The notes: generated by a model not told the origin, from the sequence alone. Positions 11,233 to 23,045 are shown, counted from the first letter of the stretch. The stretch: DNA of 64,000 bases from Rubripirellula sp. (GCA_965216875.1 OZ244207.1:3968001-4032000), one strand, 5' to 3'. A program made the numbers and translations.

Positions 11233-12069
11233 CTATTCTGCTCCCGCTTCTTCTTGGGGGGCCGAGTCGCCGGAAAGGTCAGCTTTCAACTTGTTCAGCA
11301 ACGGGCCGTAGCCATCGTCGCTGGTCCAATAACGAATGAGCGTTGTGACACCGCGACTTGTGATCGTGGCCCCCGAAAGGCCATCAACCGCATGCGGGTT
11401 GTCCGAAGGGGCAGGGCCTTTGAAGACCAATGCCGCTGGCGAGCCCGCTTCATCGAACAGCTTGCGACCTTCCCACTGGGCCTTCCAAAGCGGGTTGTCG
11501 ACTTCGCCGCCAAGACCAGGCGTTTCTTTGTGTTTATAGAAGGTCAAACCCTGGACGGTTTCCATGTCTGCTTTCACTGCCAGGTACCCGTAAAGCGATC
11601 CCCAGAGTCCCTTCCCAAAGACTGGCAAGACGACTTGGCGAATCTCGGTTTCACCGGGCCGAGTGACAAAGAAGACCTTGGCGACCTTGGGGCGATACGG
11701 TTCGCCCGGATCGAATTCGGTGTCCTTGATTTCGACACGCGTCTCAGGCTTTTGCATCGCCTCTAGAGGATCGTACTTCTTGATGTCGAGTTCGGTATTG
11801 AACTCGCCAGTTTCCAGATCAACGAGTTTTTCGGAGATCCAACCGTAAAGCTCTTCGACTTGTTCTTTGGTCAGGTCATCAGCGGGAAGACCATGCTCGC
11901 CGACCGCCAATCCGGTCGCGTCAAGAATGTTCTTCTGCTGGCTGTACTTGATGTTCGCCTCTTGCAGTGGCTGGAGCGAGACGGCCGCGATGCTCACGCC
12001 CAATGAACAGGCGAGGCAAAGGACTGCCGCTGCACCGACGGTGTAGCTATTGGAGTTAAGCTGCGGCAT
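11233..12069 (-). CDS. nqrC: Na+-NQR subunit C
   Basis: [18 protein letters not shown] attachment motif [10 protein letters not shown]. Confidence 0.96.
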   Translation of the reverse strand: MPQLNSNSYTVGAAAVLCLACSLGVSIAAVSLQPLQEANIKYSQQKNILDATGLAVGEHGLPADDLTKEQVEELYGWISEKLVDLETGEFNTELDIKKYDPLEAMQKPETRVEIKDTEFDPGEPYRPKVAKVFFVTRPGETEIRQVVLPVFGKGLWGSLYGYLAVKADMETVQGLTFYKHKETPGLGGEVDNPLWKAQWEGRKLFDEAGSPAALVFKGPAPSDNPHAVDGLSGATITSRGVTTLIRYWTSDDGYGPLLNKLKADLSGDSAPQEEAGAE

Positions 12070-13333
12070 AGCGTAGAGCCCTCCGACGAACGTTTCCTTG
12101 AACCACGAAGTAGTCGATCAACGGTGCGAACACGTTGCCGAACAGGATGGCCAGCATGATCCCCTCGGGGAACGCCGGATTGATCACACGAATCAAAACG
12201 GTCATGAAACCGATCAGGGCCCCGTAGATCCATTTCCCTTTCTCGGTCATCGATGCACTGACCGGGTCGGTCGCCATGAAGACCAAGCCGAAGGCGAGGC
12301 CACCGAGAACAAGGTGCCAATGGGGAAGCACACCAAACATTGGGTTGCTGCCCGTGTTGACGCCCCAAAGCAGCGTCGAGGTGACGGTCACGCCGCCGAT
12401 GACGCCTGCCATGATCTTCCACGAGCCGACGCCCGATGCAATCAAGACAATCGCTCCGACAATGCAGAGCAGGGTACTGGTTTCGCCAAAGCAACCCTGG
12501 ATCGTTCCCAGGAAGGCGTCCATCCATTCAATCTTGCCCGTTTCACCCCAGACGTATTCGATCGTCGAAAGGGATGCGATGGCAGGGTTTGCGATTTCAT
12601 CACTCGGAGCCGCGTTGGCCATTTGGCCAAGGGCCGTCGCGCCACTGAAGCCGTCGACCGCCGTCCAAACTTTGTCACCACTGATCTGGCCAGCGTAAGC
12701 AAAGTAAAGGAAGGCTCGACTGGTCAGTGCCACGTTGAGGAAGTTTCGACCGGTTCCGCCAAACACCTCCTTACCGACGACCACTCCAAAGGTGATCCCT
12801 AAGGCGACCTGCCAAAGTGGAATCGAGGGTGGCAGCGTGAGGGGAAACAGCAGGCCGGTGACAAGAAACCCTTCGTTGATTTCGTGACCGCGAAGGATAC
12901 TGAAGATCGCTTCGACGTGGCCGCCGACAAACATGCAGACGACGTAGATCGGCAAGAAGTGGATCAAGCCAAGCGTAAAGCAATCGGCGATGCTGCTGGA
13001 GTCGTTGGTGAATCCGAGGAAGTGGTGAATGTCGTAGTGCCAGTCACCCGCAGGATCGATCCCAACCGCTTCCATCTGTTCGATGGCGATGTTGGCCTGG
13101 TAACCGGCATTCCACATGCCGAACAAGGTGACGGGAATCAACGACATCACGACGGTGATCATCATCCGCTTGAGGTCGATCGCATCGCGTACGTGCGTTG
13201 AACCCTTGGCGACTTCACCGGGCGTGTACAAGAACGTGTCTAACGCCTCGTACATCGGATACGCCACCTCCAAAGGCCCGCCCTTGGTGAACCAAGGATG
13301 AACTTTGTCAAGGACGTTTCGGAGTGCTTTCAT
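12056..13333 (-). CDS. nqrB: Na+-NQR subunit B
   Basis: [25 protein letters not shown] motif [17 protein letters not shown]. Confidence 0.97.
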   Translation of the reverse strand: MKALRNVLDKVHPWFTKGGPLEVAYPMYEALDTFLYTPGEVAKGSTHVRDAIDLKRMMITVVMSLIPVTLFGMWNAGYQANIAIEQMEAVGIDPAGDWHYDIHHFLGFTNDSSSIADCFTLGLIHFLPIYVVCMFVGGHVEAIFSILRGHEINEGFLVTGLLFPLTLPPSIPLWQVALGITFGVVVGKEVFGGTGRNFLNVALTSRAFLYFAYAGQISGDKVWTAVDGFSGATALGQMANAAPSDEIANPAIASLSTIEYVWGETGKIEWMDAFLGTIQGCFGETSTLLCIVGAIVLIASGVGSWKIMAGVIGGVTVTSTLLWGVNTGSNPMFGVLPHWHLVLGGLAFGLVFMATDPVSASMTEKGKWIYGALIGFMTVLIRVINPAFPEGIMLAILFGNVFAPLIDYFVVQGNVRRRALRYAAA

Positions 13334-13405
13334 GGCAACCAGTTTTCAGTTAGCAGTGTTGGACAGACGCCAATGGCGCGTGGCCAGCCGAAATGAAATG
13401 TGCGT

Positions 13406-14749
13406 TTAACCTTCGCGTTCGATCGTCGTCAGGCTTTCCCTGAGCAGCGACCCGTATTCGTATTTACCTGGGCAAACAAACGTGCAAAGAGCCAAGTCTT
13501 CTTCTTCAAGCTCGAGCACGCCCAGGGCTTGCGCCTCGTCGGTGTCGCGGTAAATCAACGATCGCAACAACTGAGTCGGCAGGATGTCGAGCGGCATCAC
13601 CTTTTCGTAGGTCCCCAGTGGAACCATCGCCCGCTCACTTCCATGAGTCGTGGTGGTGAAGGCGAACTTTTTGTCAGGCATTCCCGCCGATGCGTAAACC
13701 TTGGTGGTCGAGTACTTGTCGAAACCAGGTTTTTGCCAGCCCAGGAACTCACGCTCGTCGCCCTCTTCAAGGACCGAGATTTGCGTGTGGTAGCGGCCCA
13801 GGAATGCGTGCGGTCCCGTCGCTGTGCGACCAAACAGGACGCTACCGGCAACTGGACGAATCTTGACCGACTCGTCGTATTCACCATCAATCAGTTCCGT
13901 AACGTCCGCACCGCTGCGGGTCTGGAGCAATCGCGGCTCTTTCACCACGGGACCCGCTAGAGAAATGATGCGACGTGTATCGAACTCGCCCGTCTGAAAC
14001 AAAGCACCGATCGCACAAACGTCTTGGTATCCGATGTACCAAACCGTCTTGCCAGGACCGACTGGATCGAGGAAGTGGATGTGAGTGCCGACATTACCTG
14101 CCGGATGCGGGCCATCAAACGTTTCAACCTGAACACCCGACACGCCACCATCACTGATCTCCGATTCGCTCGCTTTGCAAAGGAAAACCTTGCCGGAGAG
14201 CTGTGTCAGTGCAATGAGGCCGAGGTTGAATTGGTCCTTGCGATCCGCAATGGCGACCGCAGGATCGGCAGCAAGCGGAGCGGTGTCGATTGCTTGGACG
14301 AAGATCGAACTCGGCTTGGTCCCAGGAGCAGGCACTTTGCCGAAGGGACGGGTTCGTAGCGTTGGCCACAAACCGGACTCGAGCAGTTGCTGCTGAACGC
14401 CTTCGCTACCGAGCGATGCAGGATCTTTTTCTTTCGCGCCGTCAAACACAACCGCGTCGTCACCATCAACGTCGATGACCAGCGATTCAAACTTTCGCTT
14501 TGCACCGCGATTGATCTCGGCGACCGTCCCGGCGGCCGGAGCGGTGTAGAAAACGCCCGGAGTCTTCTTGTCTTCAAAAACGGGTTGACCGCGTTTCACT
14601 TTGTCGCCGACTGATACCAACATCGTTGGCTTCATTCCGACGTAATCGTCTCCCAGAAGGGCCACGCGTTTGACGTGTTTTGCGACTTCGATCCGCTGTT
14701 CGGGGTTACCCAGGATCGGAAGGTCTAACCCTTTTTTGATGGTCGTCAT
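13406..14749 (-). CDS. nqrA: Na+-NQR subunit A
   Basis: [31 protein letters not shown]. Confidence 0.97.
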   Translation of the reverse strand: MTTIKKGLDLPILGNPEQRIEVAKHVKRVALLGDDYVGMKPTMLVSVGDKVKRGQPVFEDKKTPGVFYTAPAAGTVAEINRGAKRKFESLVIDVDGDDAVVFDGAKEKDPASLGSEGVQQQLLESGLWPTLRTRPFGKVPAPGTKPSSIFVQAIDTAPLAADPAVAIADRKDQFNLGLIALTQLSGKVFLCKASESEISDGGVSGVQVETFDGPHPAGNVGTHIHFLDPVGPGKTVWYIGYQDVCAIGALFQTGEFDTRRIISLAGPVVKEPRLLQTRSGADVTELIDGEYDESVKIRPVAGSVLFGRTATGPHAFLGRYHTQISVLEEGDEREFLGWQKPGFDKYSTTKVYASAGMPDKKFAFTTTTHGSERAMVPLGTYEKVMPLDILPTQLLRSLIYRDTDEAQALGVLELEEEDLALCTFVCPGKYEYGSLLRESLTTIEREG

Positions 14750-14836
14750 CGGCTTTGCACACTCGCGACAAACGAAGTTCCAGGAACACTTGGGGCCAGC
14801 CTCTACAGACCGCGACGCGAATTCTTCCGCGAGACC

Positions 14837-14854
14837 TTGTGATTTTTTTCACAA
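14837..14854. promoter_or_regulatory. Rex- or CRP/FNR-family operator upstream of nqrA
   Basis: TTGTGATTTTTTTCACAA: perfect TGTGA-N6-TCACA and one mismatch to Rex consensus TTGTGAA-N4-TTCACAA; about 88 bp upstream of the nqrA start. Confidence 0.7.
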
Positions 14855-15362
14855 AGTGACTTGTGCTCTAAGCCCGCGATCGAATGGGATGGCGGGCTGG
14901 GAGGAAACCGGCATGGGGAGTGCGGTCGGAATCGTTGCGACGAGGTCCGCTCCGACAGTTGTCAGCTGCATAAAAAACCGTTTTCGCGGCTTCTGGCGCA
15001 ACAACTGCCGACAGATGGCTCTCTTTGATATGCGGGAATATGCCACAGTGATGGCAAACTGGCAACGGCAGAGCACGGTCGCATGCGCAAATTACTGTGC
15101 GAAACTTCTAAGGCGCACTCCCTTGCCACTAAGGTGCCCCGAAGGGTGCGCGATTTGGGCTGTCCAACTATGGTGGTCCGAGGGACATTATTGGGGGTGA
15201 TCCAAACCGCGTATCACCCCGTATTCGACTCAGCTCTGCTCCCTTTTGCAGATCAACGTCCCCGTTCCAGATGACCGCTGTTCAAGATCGAAGCATCGCG
15301 GTCGAATACGTGCGAGACTGGTGCCGAGACTCGCCTACGCTGTTGACCAAGGAAACTTTCCG

Positions 15363-15923
15363 ATGAAGCTACGCAACTTACCACGCTTTCGCATGTTGCT
15401 TTCGTGCCTGACGCTCTGCTGCTGCACACTCTACCTGACTGGGTGCAGCGGATCGTCCGAGTCGTCGACAGCGAGCTCGAGTGACGATGACCATGGGCAC
15501 GATCATGGTGACGACGGGCATTCGCATGGTGATGGGCACAGCCACGATGACGGCCATGACCACGGCAGCCACGGCCACGAAGGACATGACCATCCAGCCC
15601 ACGGTCCCAACGGTGGTCACATGGTTGAACTCTCTGGTGGGTTGCATGCCGAATGGACTCACGATGACCGAGAGAACCTGATTCGCGTTTACGCCGATGA
15701 GGTTAAAGAGGTAGAGAAGGTTGTGATGAAGGTCGCCGTCGAAGGCCAAGACCCAACCGAATACAGCTTTGAACCAGGCGAAGCCGACGGCAAGTCGTTC
15801 TACGAGCTCACCAGCCCGGAACTGCTGACCTCGGTCAAGATGGGCAAATTGGTCGACACTCAATTGGTCATCACCACGAAAGAGGGTGAAGTGAGCGGCC
15901 AAGTCGAACACCACGCTCACTAG
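15363..15923 (+). CDS. His-rich lipoprotein, probable metal-binding
   Basis: Lipobox LTGC, (D/G/H)-rich tract, HGPNGGH motif, C-terminal HHAH. Confidence 0.85.
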   Translation: MKLRNLPRFRMLLSCLTLCCCTLYLTGCSGSSESSTASSSDDDHGHDHGDDGHSHGDGHSHDDGHDHGSHGHEGHDHPAHGPNGGHMVELSGGLHAEWTHDDRENLIRVYADEVKEVEKVVMKVAVEGQDPTEYSFEPGEADGKSFYELTSPELLTSVKMGKLVDTQLVITTKEGEVSGQVEHHAH

Positions 15924-15981
15924 AAGCGACCCTTTCGGACGAGCAAGCACCGGCTTTCTCGCCCCATTTCGAACAACGCAC

Positions 15982-16019
15982 GTGGGCCTGCGAATGGATC
16001 GCAGGCCCACCGCTTTTTT
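15982..16019 (+). terminator. Intrinsic terminator
   Basis: 12-bp perfect stem gtgggcctgcga/tcgcaggcccac with 5-nt loop, followed by cgctttttt. Confidence 0.7.
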
Positions 16020-16046
16020 AACTCCCACACAAATTGGTTCTTTCAG

Positions 16047-17855
16047 TTGCGCCGAGACGATATCCGAAACGTTGTCATCATCGCCCACGTCGACCACGGC
16101 AAGACGACACTGGTCGATTGCATGTTGCGTCAAAGCGGTCAGTTCCGCGACGCCGAACTCAAGGGCGAGCGTATCCTCGATTCCAATGACTTGGAACGTG
16201 AGCGTGGCATCACGATCCTTTCCAAGAACATTGCGATCCCCTATCGCGGCGTCAAAATCAACTTGATCGACACGCCGGGGCACGCCGACTTTGGCGGCGA
16301 AGTCGAGCGTGTCGTGAAAATGGCCGATGGATGTTTGGTGCTCGTCGATGCTGCCGAAGGCCCGATGCCACAAACACGGTTTGTGCTGGAAAAGGCGCTC
16401 CAAGCGGGCGTGCGTCCGATTGTTGTCGTCAACAAAGTCGACCGTCCAGATGGTCGGCCCGCCGAGGCACTCGATGAAGCACTTGAGTTACTCGCTGAAC
16501 TCGGCGGCGAAGAACAACTTGATTCAGCCGCATACGTCTTCACCAGCGCCAAAGAAGGCTTCGCGACGACCGACCCCGAGACGCCCACCACGGACATGCG
16601 ACCACTGCTCGACTTGATGGTCGACACGCTGCCCGGTCCCGATGTCGATGCTGACGCGCCACTGCAAATGATGGTCACGACGCTCGACTGGAGTGAGTAC
16701 GTTGGACGTATCGCTGTTGGCCGCATTCAAGCGGGCACCGTCACCGCGGGCCAAACGATCGACCTGCATCAACGCGACGGCGTGACCAAGCAAAAGGTTG
16801 GCGGGCTGTTTGTTTTCGACAACCTCGGGCGCGCAGCAGCCGAATCGGCAAGTGCCGGCGACATCGTTGCCATCGAGGGCTTCAACAACGTCGAGATTGG
16901 AGACACCGTTGGCGAAGTCGATGCCGACAATGCGCTGGAAAGACTCAAGGTTGATGAACCGACCCTCGAAATGGTCTTCAGCGTCAACTCCTCGCCGATG
17001 GTTGGCCGTGAAGGCAAGTACGTCACCACTCGACAACTCAAAGCGCGTCTTGAAAAAGAACTCGAACGCAACGTGGCACTTCGCGTCGAGATGGTTGAAG
17101 GGGCCGAGGCCTACGCTGTGAAAGGGCGTGGCGTCTTGCATTTGGCCGTGCTGATCGAAACGATGCGTCGCGAAGGCTACGAACTGAGCGTTGGCAAGCC
17201 GCGTGTGATCAACAAAACCATCGACGGAAAACAACACGAACCTTTCGAAACATTGCGGGTTGAAGTGCCAAGCGAAGAGATGGGCCCCGTGATGGAACTT
17301 GTCGGTCTGCGCCGCGGTCAACTCGAAGAGATGTCGCAGCGAGGCGACTATGCACTGCTGCGATTTGTGATCCCATCGCGCGGCCTGATCGGCTTGCGCA
17401 CCAAGCTGCTCAATGCAACTCGTGGAACGGCGATCATTCACCATCGTTTTGAGAGCTACCGCCCGATCGAAGGTGATGTGCCCAAACGAACCAACGGCGT
17501 CCTGATCTCGATGGTTTCAGGCAAGGCGATGCCTCACGCTTTGTTTTCGCTTCAAGACCGCAGCGAACTGTTGATCCCCCCCGGAACGGAAGTTTACGAG
17601 GGAATGATCGTTGGCGAAAACGCTCGCGACAACGACATGACGGTCAATCCGTGCCGGGAAAAAAAGCTGACCAACGTTCGTGCGGCTGGCAGTGACGAAA
17701 ACGTGATCTTGAAACCGCCAAGGGACCTTTCACTTGAAGCGGCGTTGGAATACATCGAAGATGATGAGCTTGTCGAAGTCACACCCGAGAGCATTCGCCT
17801 CAGGAAGGTGACCCTTAGCGAGTCGGCCAGGCGTCGTCAGAGCCGTAGCGCTTGA
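16047..17855 (+). CDS. typA: Translational GTPase TypA/BipA
   Basis: [38 protein letters not shown]-terminal [17 protein letters not shown] start. Confidence 0.98.
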   Translation: MRRDDIRNVVIIAHVDHGKTTLVDCMLRQSGQFRDAELKGERILDSNDLERERGITILSKNIAIPYRGVKINLIDTPGHADFGGEVERVVKMADGCLVLVDAAEGPMPQTRFVLEKALQAGVRPIVVVNKVDRPDGRPAEALDEALELLAELGGEEQLDSAAYVFTSAKEGFATTDPETPTTDMRPLLDLMVDTLPGPDVDADAPLQMMVTTLDWSEYVGRIAVGRIQAGTVTAGQTIDLHQRDGVTKQKVGGLFVFDNLGRAAAESASAGDIVAIEGFNNVEIGDTVGEVDADNALERLKVDEPTLEMVFSVNSSPMVGREGKYVTTRQLKARLEKELERNVALRVEMVEGAEAYAVKGRGVLHLAVLIETMRREGYELSVGKPRVINKTIDGKQHEPFETLRVEVPSEEMGPVMELVGLRRGQLEEMSQRGDYALLRFVIPSRGLIGLRTKLLNATRGTAIIHHRFESYRPIEGDVPKRTNGVLISMVSGKAMPHALFSLQDRSELLIPPGTEVYEGMIVGENARDNDMTVNPCREKKLTNVRAAGSDENVILKPPRDLSLEAALEYIEDDELVEVTPESIRLRKVTLSESARRRQSRSA

Positions 17856-17870
17856 GCAAACAGGTTGCCA

Positions 17871-18998
17871 ATGTCTGATGCAAACGAGATCAAGAACTTA
17901 CGTCGACGGCTGAACCTGTCGTGGATCTTGATGATCCTGCTCTGCATCGCGTTGCTCATGCCAATGTTCAAGCTTTGGCTGAGCCTTGGTGTTGCTGGAA
18001 CACCAAGGCCGGTCACACCGCGCGGCGAACTTGCCGAGTTCGAAAAAGCAACCGCCGAGATCTTTCGCAATTCGAGCCCGTCGGTGGTTTACATCAACAC
18101 ACGGGCCCGCGTAGCCAATCGATTCAGTCGCCAGGTATTCGAAGTCGAAGCGGGCACGGGCAGCGGCTTTGTCTGGGACGAAGCCGGCCACATCATCACC
18201 AACTACCACGTGATTCAAGAAGCATCGTCAGCCAAAGTGGTCTTTTACGATCAATCGGCCTACGAAGCGACGTTGGTTGGTGCGTCTCCCCAACATGACC
18301 TTGCTGTGTTGCGCATTCGCCCGCGGCAACAAATCTTGCGTCCCGTTTTGATCGGTGAAAGCTCGAGCCTCGTCGTTGGCCAATCGGTCTACGCAATCGG
18401 CAATCCGTTCGGTCTCGACCAAACGCTGACCACGGGCGTGGTGTCTGCCAAGAGCCGCCGCATTGAAACTCCCGCCGGCAAGAACATCGACGGCGCGATT
18501 CAGATCGATGCGGCAATCAATCCGGGCAACTCAGGCGGACCACTGCTCGACAGCGCCGGGCGTTTGATCGGGGTCAACACAGCGATCTATAGTCCTTCAG
18601 GAACGTCGGCGGGCGTTGGCTTTGCGATCCCCGTCGACACGGTCAATCGCGTCGTGCCACAGATCATCGCCAACGGCAAATACGAACCACCTCAACTCGG
18701 TATCTCGGCCAGCGACCAAGTCAGCCGAGCTGTCACCCTGCGCACGGGCATCAAAGGCATCACGATTTTGAATGTGACGCCCGGTGGAGGCGCCGAGCAG
18801 GCTGGGATCCAAAAAGCAACGATGGATCCCGGTGGTTCGCTTGTCCTAGGTGACATCCTGCAAGCGATCGGTGATCGCCAAATCGCCACCGTGAAAGAAC
18901 TCGAAGACGCGCTGGATGAATTCGACGCCGGTGACGCAATCCCTGTCACACTGCATCGCGACGGCGAAGCCGTCGTGGTGAGCGTCACGCTCCGGTGA
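17871..18998 (+). CDS. HtrA/DegP-family serine protease with one PDZ domain
   Basis: N-terminal TM, GTGSGF, TNYHV, HDLAVL, INPGNSGGPL, C-terminal PDZ-like region. Confidence 0.93.
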   Translation: MSDANEIKNLRRRLNLSWILMILLCIALLMPMFKLWLSLGVAGTPRPVTPRGELAEFEKATAEIFRNSSPSVVYINTRARVANRFSRQVFEVEAGTGSGFVWDEAGHIITNYHVIQEASSAKVVFYDQSAYEATLVGASPQHDLAVLRIRPRQQILRPVLIGESSSLVVGQSVYAIGNPFGLDQTLTTGVVSAKSRRIETPAGKNIDGAIQIDAAINPGNSGGPLLDSAGRLIGVNTAIYSPSGTSAGVGFAIPVDTVNRVVPQIIANGKYEPPQLGISASDQVSRAVTLRTGIKGITILNVTPGGGAEQAGIQKATMDPGGSLVLGDILQAIGDRQIATVKELEDALDEFDAGDAIPVTLHRDGEAVVVSVTLR

Positions 18999-19044
18999 AC
19001 TTTGATTCCTGCGGCGGCCCGTTCGCACATTCCGAACTCGAGCG

Positions 19045-19084
19045 TGCCGGATCCGCGTCGCTGTCGCTCCTTGATCAAGCCTAC
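19045..19084 (-). repeat. REP-like element, family A (GTAGGC...CAAGGAGCGACAGCGACGCAGATCCGGCA)
   Basis: Reverse complement gtaggcttgatcaaggagcgacagcgacgcggatccggca; copies at 26232, 42899, 51373. Confidence 0.85.
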
Positions 19085-19190
19085 GGGCATTCCTGATGGC
19101 TTCGGTCAACGACGACATTTTGCTGTTAGAATGGTCGTCCCACCGGGCTTTTTTCCTGTGCCCAATTTCCTCGCCACCCACTGCGCCCGT

Positions 19191-20516
19191 ATGAACTTCA
19201 AACACCTGCTCCTCATCCCTTGCCTCGGCCTCAGCCCGCTCGCGCAGGCTGGCGAAAGCTGGAATCAATTTCGCGGCCCAGCCGGCAATGGAATCTCCCA
19301 AGGCACGCCACCCACTTCGTTTAGCGAACAGGACAACGTCCGATGGCGAACCGAACTGCCAGGCAAAGGCTGGTCTTCGCCGGTGATCTCCGATGGTGTT
19401 CTGTGGGCAACGACCGCAATTGAACGCATCCCAACCGACGAAGAACGCATTGCGCTGTTCCAGGAGAAACAGGTCGAGGAAAAGAAATACAAACAACTTC
19501 AGATTGCCAAGTCGATTGACCTCAAGCTGGTCGCCCTCGACTTCAAGACGGGCAGCATCCTGAAGACCATTGACCTGGTGAACTTCCCCCAACCGGACGC
19601 CATTCACGCGTTAAACAGTTACGCGTCGCCGACACCGGTAATCGATGGCGAGAACATTTATTGCCACTTTGGAAACTACGGGACCTTTTGCATCGACCGA
19701 AAGACGTTCGATCTCGTTTGGCAACGTCGCTTGCCGTTGCAACATTCGGTTGGACCTGGCAGCTCGCCGTTCATCTACAAAGACAAGTTAGTGCTGATCC
19801 AAGACGGTCTTGAGCGGCAATACGTCACCGCACTGAACAAGGCAACCGGCGACACGATTTGGGAAGTCGACCGGCCAGAAATGGAAGCTCCCAGCGGCGA
19901 CCAGAAGAAGGCTTACTGCACACCGGTTGCGGTCACAGACGCGAGCGGTCGCGAGCAACTGATTTGCATGGCATCGCAATGGATGGTTTCGTACGCGCCG
20001 GAAACGGGCGACGAACTCTGGCGTTGCTACCACGGCAAAGGCTTTTCGGTCGTGCCGCACCCCGTCGTCGACGATGAGGTCGTTTACTTCTCGACCGGCT
20101 TTGGAAAACCCCAACTTTGGGCCGTCGATTACAACGGCAGCGGTGATGTCACCGACACTCACGTCCAGTGGACCGTCACAAAATCGATCCCCGCAAAACC
20201 TTCGCCTCTGTTGGACAAAGGGCTGATCTACGTGATGGCAGACAACGGCGTCGCCTCCTGTTTGACGGCCACCGATGGCGAAGAGATCTGGAAGAAACGC
20301 ATCGGTGGCGACTATTCGGCGTCCCCGCTACTGGCTGGCGATCACATCTACTTTGCTTCGCAAGACGGAAAGGTCACGGTGATCGAACCGGGCCGAACCG
20401 GAAACGTTGTTGCCGAGAACCAACTTGACGGCCAAATCATGGCCTCGCCTGCGGTCATCGATGACGCGCTGGTGATCCGAACGAACAAGGCAATGTACCG
20501 CATCGAAGGCAAATAG
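19191..20516 (+). CDS. Secreted PQQ-binding-like (BamB-type) beta-propeller protein
   Basis: Signal peptide, WNQFRGPAGNG, GWSSPV, ASPTP, GPGSSP, SASP repeats. Confidence 0.9.
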   Translation: MNFKHLLLIPCLGLSPLAQAGESWNQFRGPAGNGISQGTPPTSFSEQDNVRWRTELPGKGWSSPVISDGVLWATTAIERIPTDEERIALFQEKQVEEKKYKQLQIAKSIDLKLVALDFKTGSILKTIDLVNFPQPDAIHALNSYASPTPVIDGENIYCHFGNYGTFCIDRKTFDLVWQRRLPLQHSVGPGSSPFIYKDKLVLIQDGLERQYVTALNKATGDTIWEVDRPEMEAPSGDQKKAYCTPVAVTDASGREQLICMASQWMVSYAPETGDELWRCYHGKGFSVVPHPVVDDEVVYFSTGFGKPQLWAVDYNGSGDVTDTHVQWTVTKSIPAKPSPLLDKGLIYVMADNGVASCLTATDGEEIWKKRIGGDYSASPLLAGDHIYFASQDGKVTVIEPGRTGNVVAENQLDGQIMASPAVIDDALVIRTNKAMYRIEGK

Positions 20517-20553
20517 AATCAATCGGTCGTCGTACGGGAAGTACGTCGTACCA

Positions 20554-20623
20554 GAAGTTCGTAGTACCGGCTTCAGCCGGAATCTTTAGCCCCTCGCCGC
20601 CTAAAGGCGGCACTACGAACTTC
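20554..20623. repeat. REP-like inverted doublet (GTAGT.CCG.CTT.AG.CGG)
   Basis: gaagttcgtagtaccggcttcagccgg ... ccgcctaaaggcggcactacgaacttc between convergent genes. Confidence 0.8.
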
Positions 20624-20718
20624 CGCCTAAACACGGGACGACAAACAAGTTCCTGTCGAGCCGCCGGTTCCAAGAACGGCTCCACAGGAACGGACTGTAC
20701 CGCAATGACGACCAGCGT

Positions 20719-22494
20719 CTAACGGACAGGTAGAGTGTCTTCGGGAATCACCAACAATGGCGTCCCCGCTTCATAGATGGCGGTGATTTCGTCGCCGTTA
20801 AGAGCACGGCCGAAGATTGCCAATTCGTCCATCCGTCCATTGAAGTTTCGCGTGAGGAAACCGTCGTAGGGACGAAGGGGCGACCAGTTGCCGATGTCAG
20901 CGTTACCAAAGGTGATCTTCACGTTCTGGTCAGGCTCGGCGCCATTGTCGGCAAGATTCAACTCTTGGGCGTCAAAGATTTCGCCGTTGAGGTAATGGGT
21001 CAGGATGTTTCGGTTTTGGTCGACCACCACGGCAAGGTGTACCCATTGCCCGAGGTCTTCGTAGTTGAATGCCCTGGGCGTCACATAAATGGCTTGCCGA
21101 ACTTCGGGCTCCACTTTCACGCCAATATCCATTTGGCCAGTGGACTTGATTTGCCAGTGGACGTCGCCCTGGTCAAATTTGTCGGTCAACAGGATGGAAC
21201 TGAAGCTTCGATCAAAGCCATCGACGCGCAACCAAACCGCCAACGTCAGATTTTCAAACTCGCCAGGGATGTTCACCCGCACTCGATCGCTTGGACGCTT
21301 GAATTCGAGGGCTCCCTTGCGGTTCCAACGTCCGCGCGTCCATTGACATCCGATGATGGCACCATGAGCACTGTCATCGGCAATGTTGAATAGAGTCCGC
21401 GGGTGCGAGTCATCACGCTGGAAGTCATACAGCACTTTCAAATCGTCGCGCAACCGCAGCTTCGCGATATGCTCGAGCCAAACCTTGTGCCGCTCGATCT
21501 GCTGCACTCGGCGGCGTTCTTGAAGTACGTCGGCAGTTGTGAATCGCTCGGCGTCCGACGGAATCGACTTCCAAACGCCATCCTCTTCGCCAATCACCAA
21601 GCCTTCGCCCGAAGAAATCAATCGCGGCTTGTCTTCGGTGGCGACCGGATGAACCTCGACCTTTCCATCAAACACGTGCAACTCTTGGCGGCCATCTTTG
21701 CCAACGACCAAACCAAAATCGGTACCGATGTCGACGTACCGGGTGTCGGCCGATTCGATTTCGAAACCGGTCACACCCGGCGGAACCGAACAGCGGACGG
21801 AACCCGAATGCAACACCGCGCGATTCGCGGCAAGCAGCTCGAGTTCAGCGGGCCCTTCGACCACAGCCACCACGCCACTTAGAAAGACGATTTCGACAAC
21901 GCCCGAATCAACACCCAGCGTTCCCGGCTTGAGCACATCACCGGTGCGTTTTGACAAAGTCCCCTCGGACCACGTTGGGTTGGCCAGACTCTGCACCACG
22001 GCAATGCCTTGCTGAGTGCGTCGCACCAAACTCGGAATCGCGTTTTGCGACTCGGGCGTCGCGGCAACTGGCAAAGCATCGTTGTCGCCGTTAACCAGCG
22101 GCTGGACAAAAACGTCCAGCGGCCGGGCGGCAGTCCGGATACGGTTTTCGGACGTGAGCACAATCGCGACCGCAATCAACGCGATCACTGTGGAACAGGC
22201 CGCAAGGCCAACGATCATTCGGACTGGAAGCAGGTCAGGTTTTGGGGTGGGCTCGGTCACCGGTACGATGACTGGCGCTGGTGCGGGCTCGGGCTCATCT
22301 TCAAGCAGCAACCCTGAATCGAAACCTTCGTGCAATGATGCGTGGACGCCAACAAGCTTTTGGAATCGTTGCCGGTGCTCGGCACTTTCGGCCAAGGTCG
22401 ACTGTAACTGCGCGAACTCATCCTCCGAGATGATCTCGGCGCAGAGCAGGTCGACCAGGTGGTCAAATTCTTTGAATCTTAAGTTGTCCGTCAT
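20719..22494 (-). CDS. FecR-like anti-sigma factor with C-terminal LamG/concanavalin-like domain
   Basis: N-terminal helical domain, one TM, DIGTDFG...HVFDGKVEV (FecR), WVHLAVV...FNGRMDELAIFGRAL (LamG-3). Confidence 0.88.
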   Translation of the reverse strand: MTDNLRFKEFDHLVDLLCAEIISEDEFAQLQSTLAESAEHRQRFQKLVGVHASLHEGFDSGLLLEDEPEPAPAPVIVPVTEPTPKPDLLPVRMIVGLAACSTVIALIAVAIVLTSENRIRTAARPLDVFVQPLVNGDNDALPVAATPESQNAIPSLVRRTQQGIAVVQSLANPTWSEGTLSKRTGDVLKPGTLGVDSGVVEIVFLSGVVAVVEGPAELELLAANRAVLHSGSVRCSVPPGVTGFEIESADTRYVDIGTDFGLVVGKDGRQELHVFDGKVEVHPVATEDKPRLISSGEGLVIGEEDGVWKSIPSDAERFTTADVLQERRRVQQIERHKVWLEHIAKLRLRDDLKVLYDFQRDDSHPRTLFNIADDSAHGAIIGCQWTRGRWNRKGALEFKRPSDRVRVNIPGEFENLTLAVWLRVDGFDRSFSSILLTDKFDQGDVHWQIKSTGQMDIGVKVEPEVRQAIYVTPRAFNYEDLGQWVHLAVVVDQNRNILTHYLNGEIFDAQELNLADNGAEPDQNVKITFGNADIGNWSPLRPYDGFLTRNFNGRMDELAIFGRALNGDEITAIYEAGTPLLVIPEDTLPVR

Positions 22495-22511
22495 GTTCTC
22501 AAAGCTACTCC

Positions 22512-23045
22512 TTAGCCTGCATTTGCGGTTCGAGACTCGATGCAGGTTCGAAGTCGCCTTCGAAGCCGCCCCAATGACTTTGACAAGGCGTTTGCGGTGA
22601 CTCCCAGGTCCGTCGCCATGTTCGTCAGCCGATTTCCGTCGCAATAAGCTAATCGAAGCAGCTTGCGATCGCGATCGGGCAAACGCTGGAGACAGGAGGA
22701 AAGATCCTGGAGCAACTGCTCGCTCGCTTCCTCGCCAATCCCGCAGCCATGCTCATCAGCCAGTTGCAGCAGGACCGACTCGTCAAAAACGAGTCGATCG
22801 CGGGCATACTTGCGGCGATACATCAGCACTTCGTAGCGGGCGATGACCGAAGCCCATGGCAAGAATCCCTCGGGCTCCTTGAGCTCAGTGAATTTCTTCC
22901 AGAGCACAACGCTGACTTCCTGCATGATCTCATCGACGGCGTCGCGTGAGACGACGAGCCCGAAAACGAACGCGCGCAGCTGGCGTTCGTGCCGGGTGTA
23001 GAGACGAATAAAATCGTCAAATCGCTCGTTATGCTCTTCGGTCAT
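22512..23045 (-). CDS. ECF sigma-70 factor (planctomycete/verrucomicrobial type)
   Basis: DEIMQEVSVVLWKKF, FLPWASVIARYEV, region 4 LGRLRRRLRTCIE. Confidence 0.92.
   Translation of the reverse strand: MTEEHNERFDDFIRLYTRHERQLRAFVFGLVVSRDAVDEIMQEVSVVLWKKFTELKEPEGFLPWASVIARYEVLMYRRKYARDRLVFDESVLLQLADEHGCGIGEEASEQLLQDLSSCLQRLPDRDRKLLRLAYCDGNRLTNMATDLGVTANALSKSLGRLRRRLRTCIESRTANAG

Noticed and set aside
8665..11766. Long plus-strand ORFs (586 aa and 389 aa) opposite nqrC-F
   Set aside because: Antisense frames typical of GC-rich, codon-biased genes; the nqr genes account for the region.
14849..15274. Short ORFs in the nqrA-lipoprotein intergenic region
   Set aside because: No coding signature or RBS; the region is better explained as divergent promoters.
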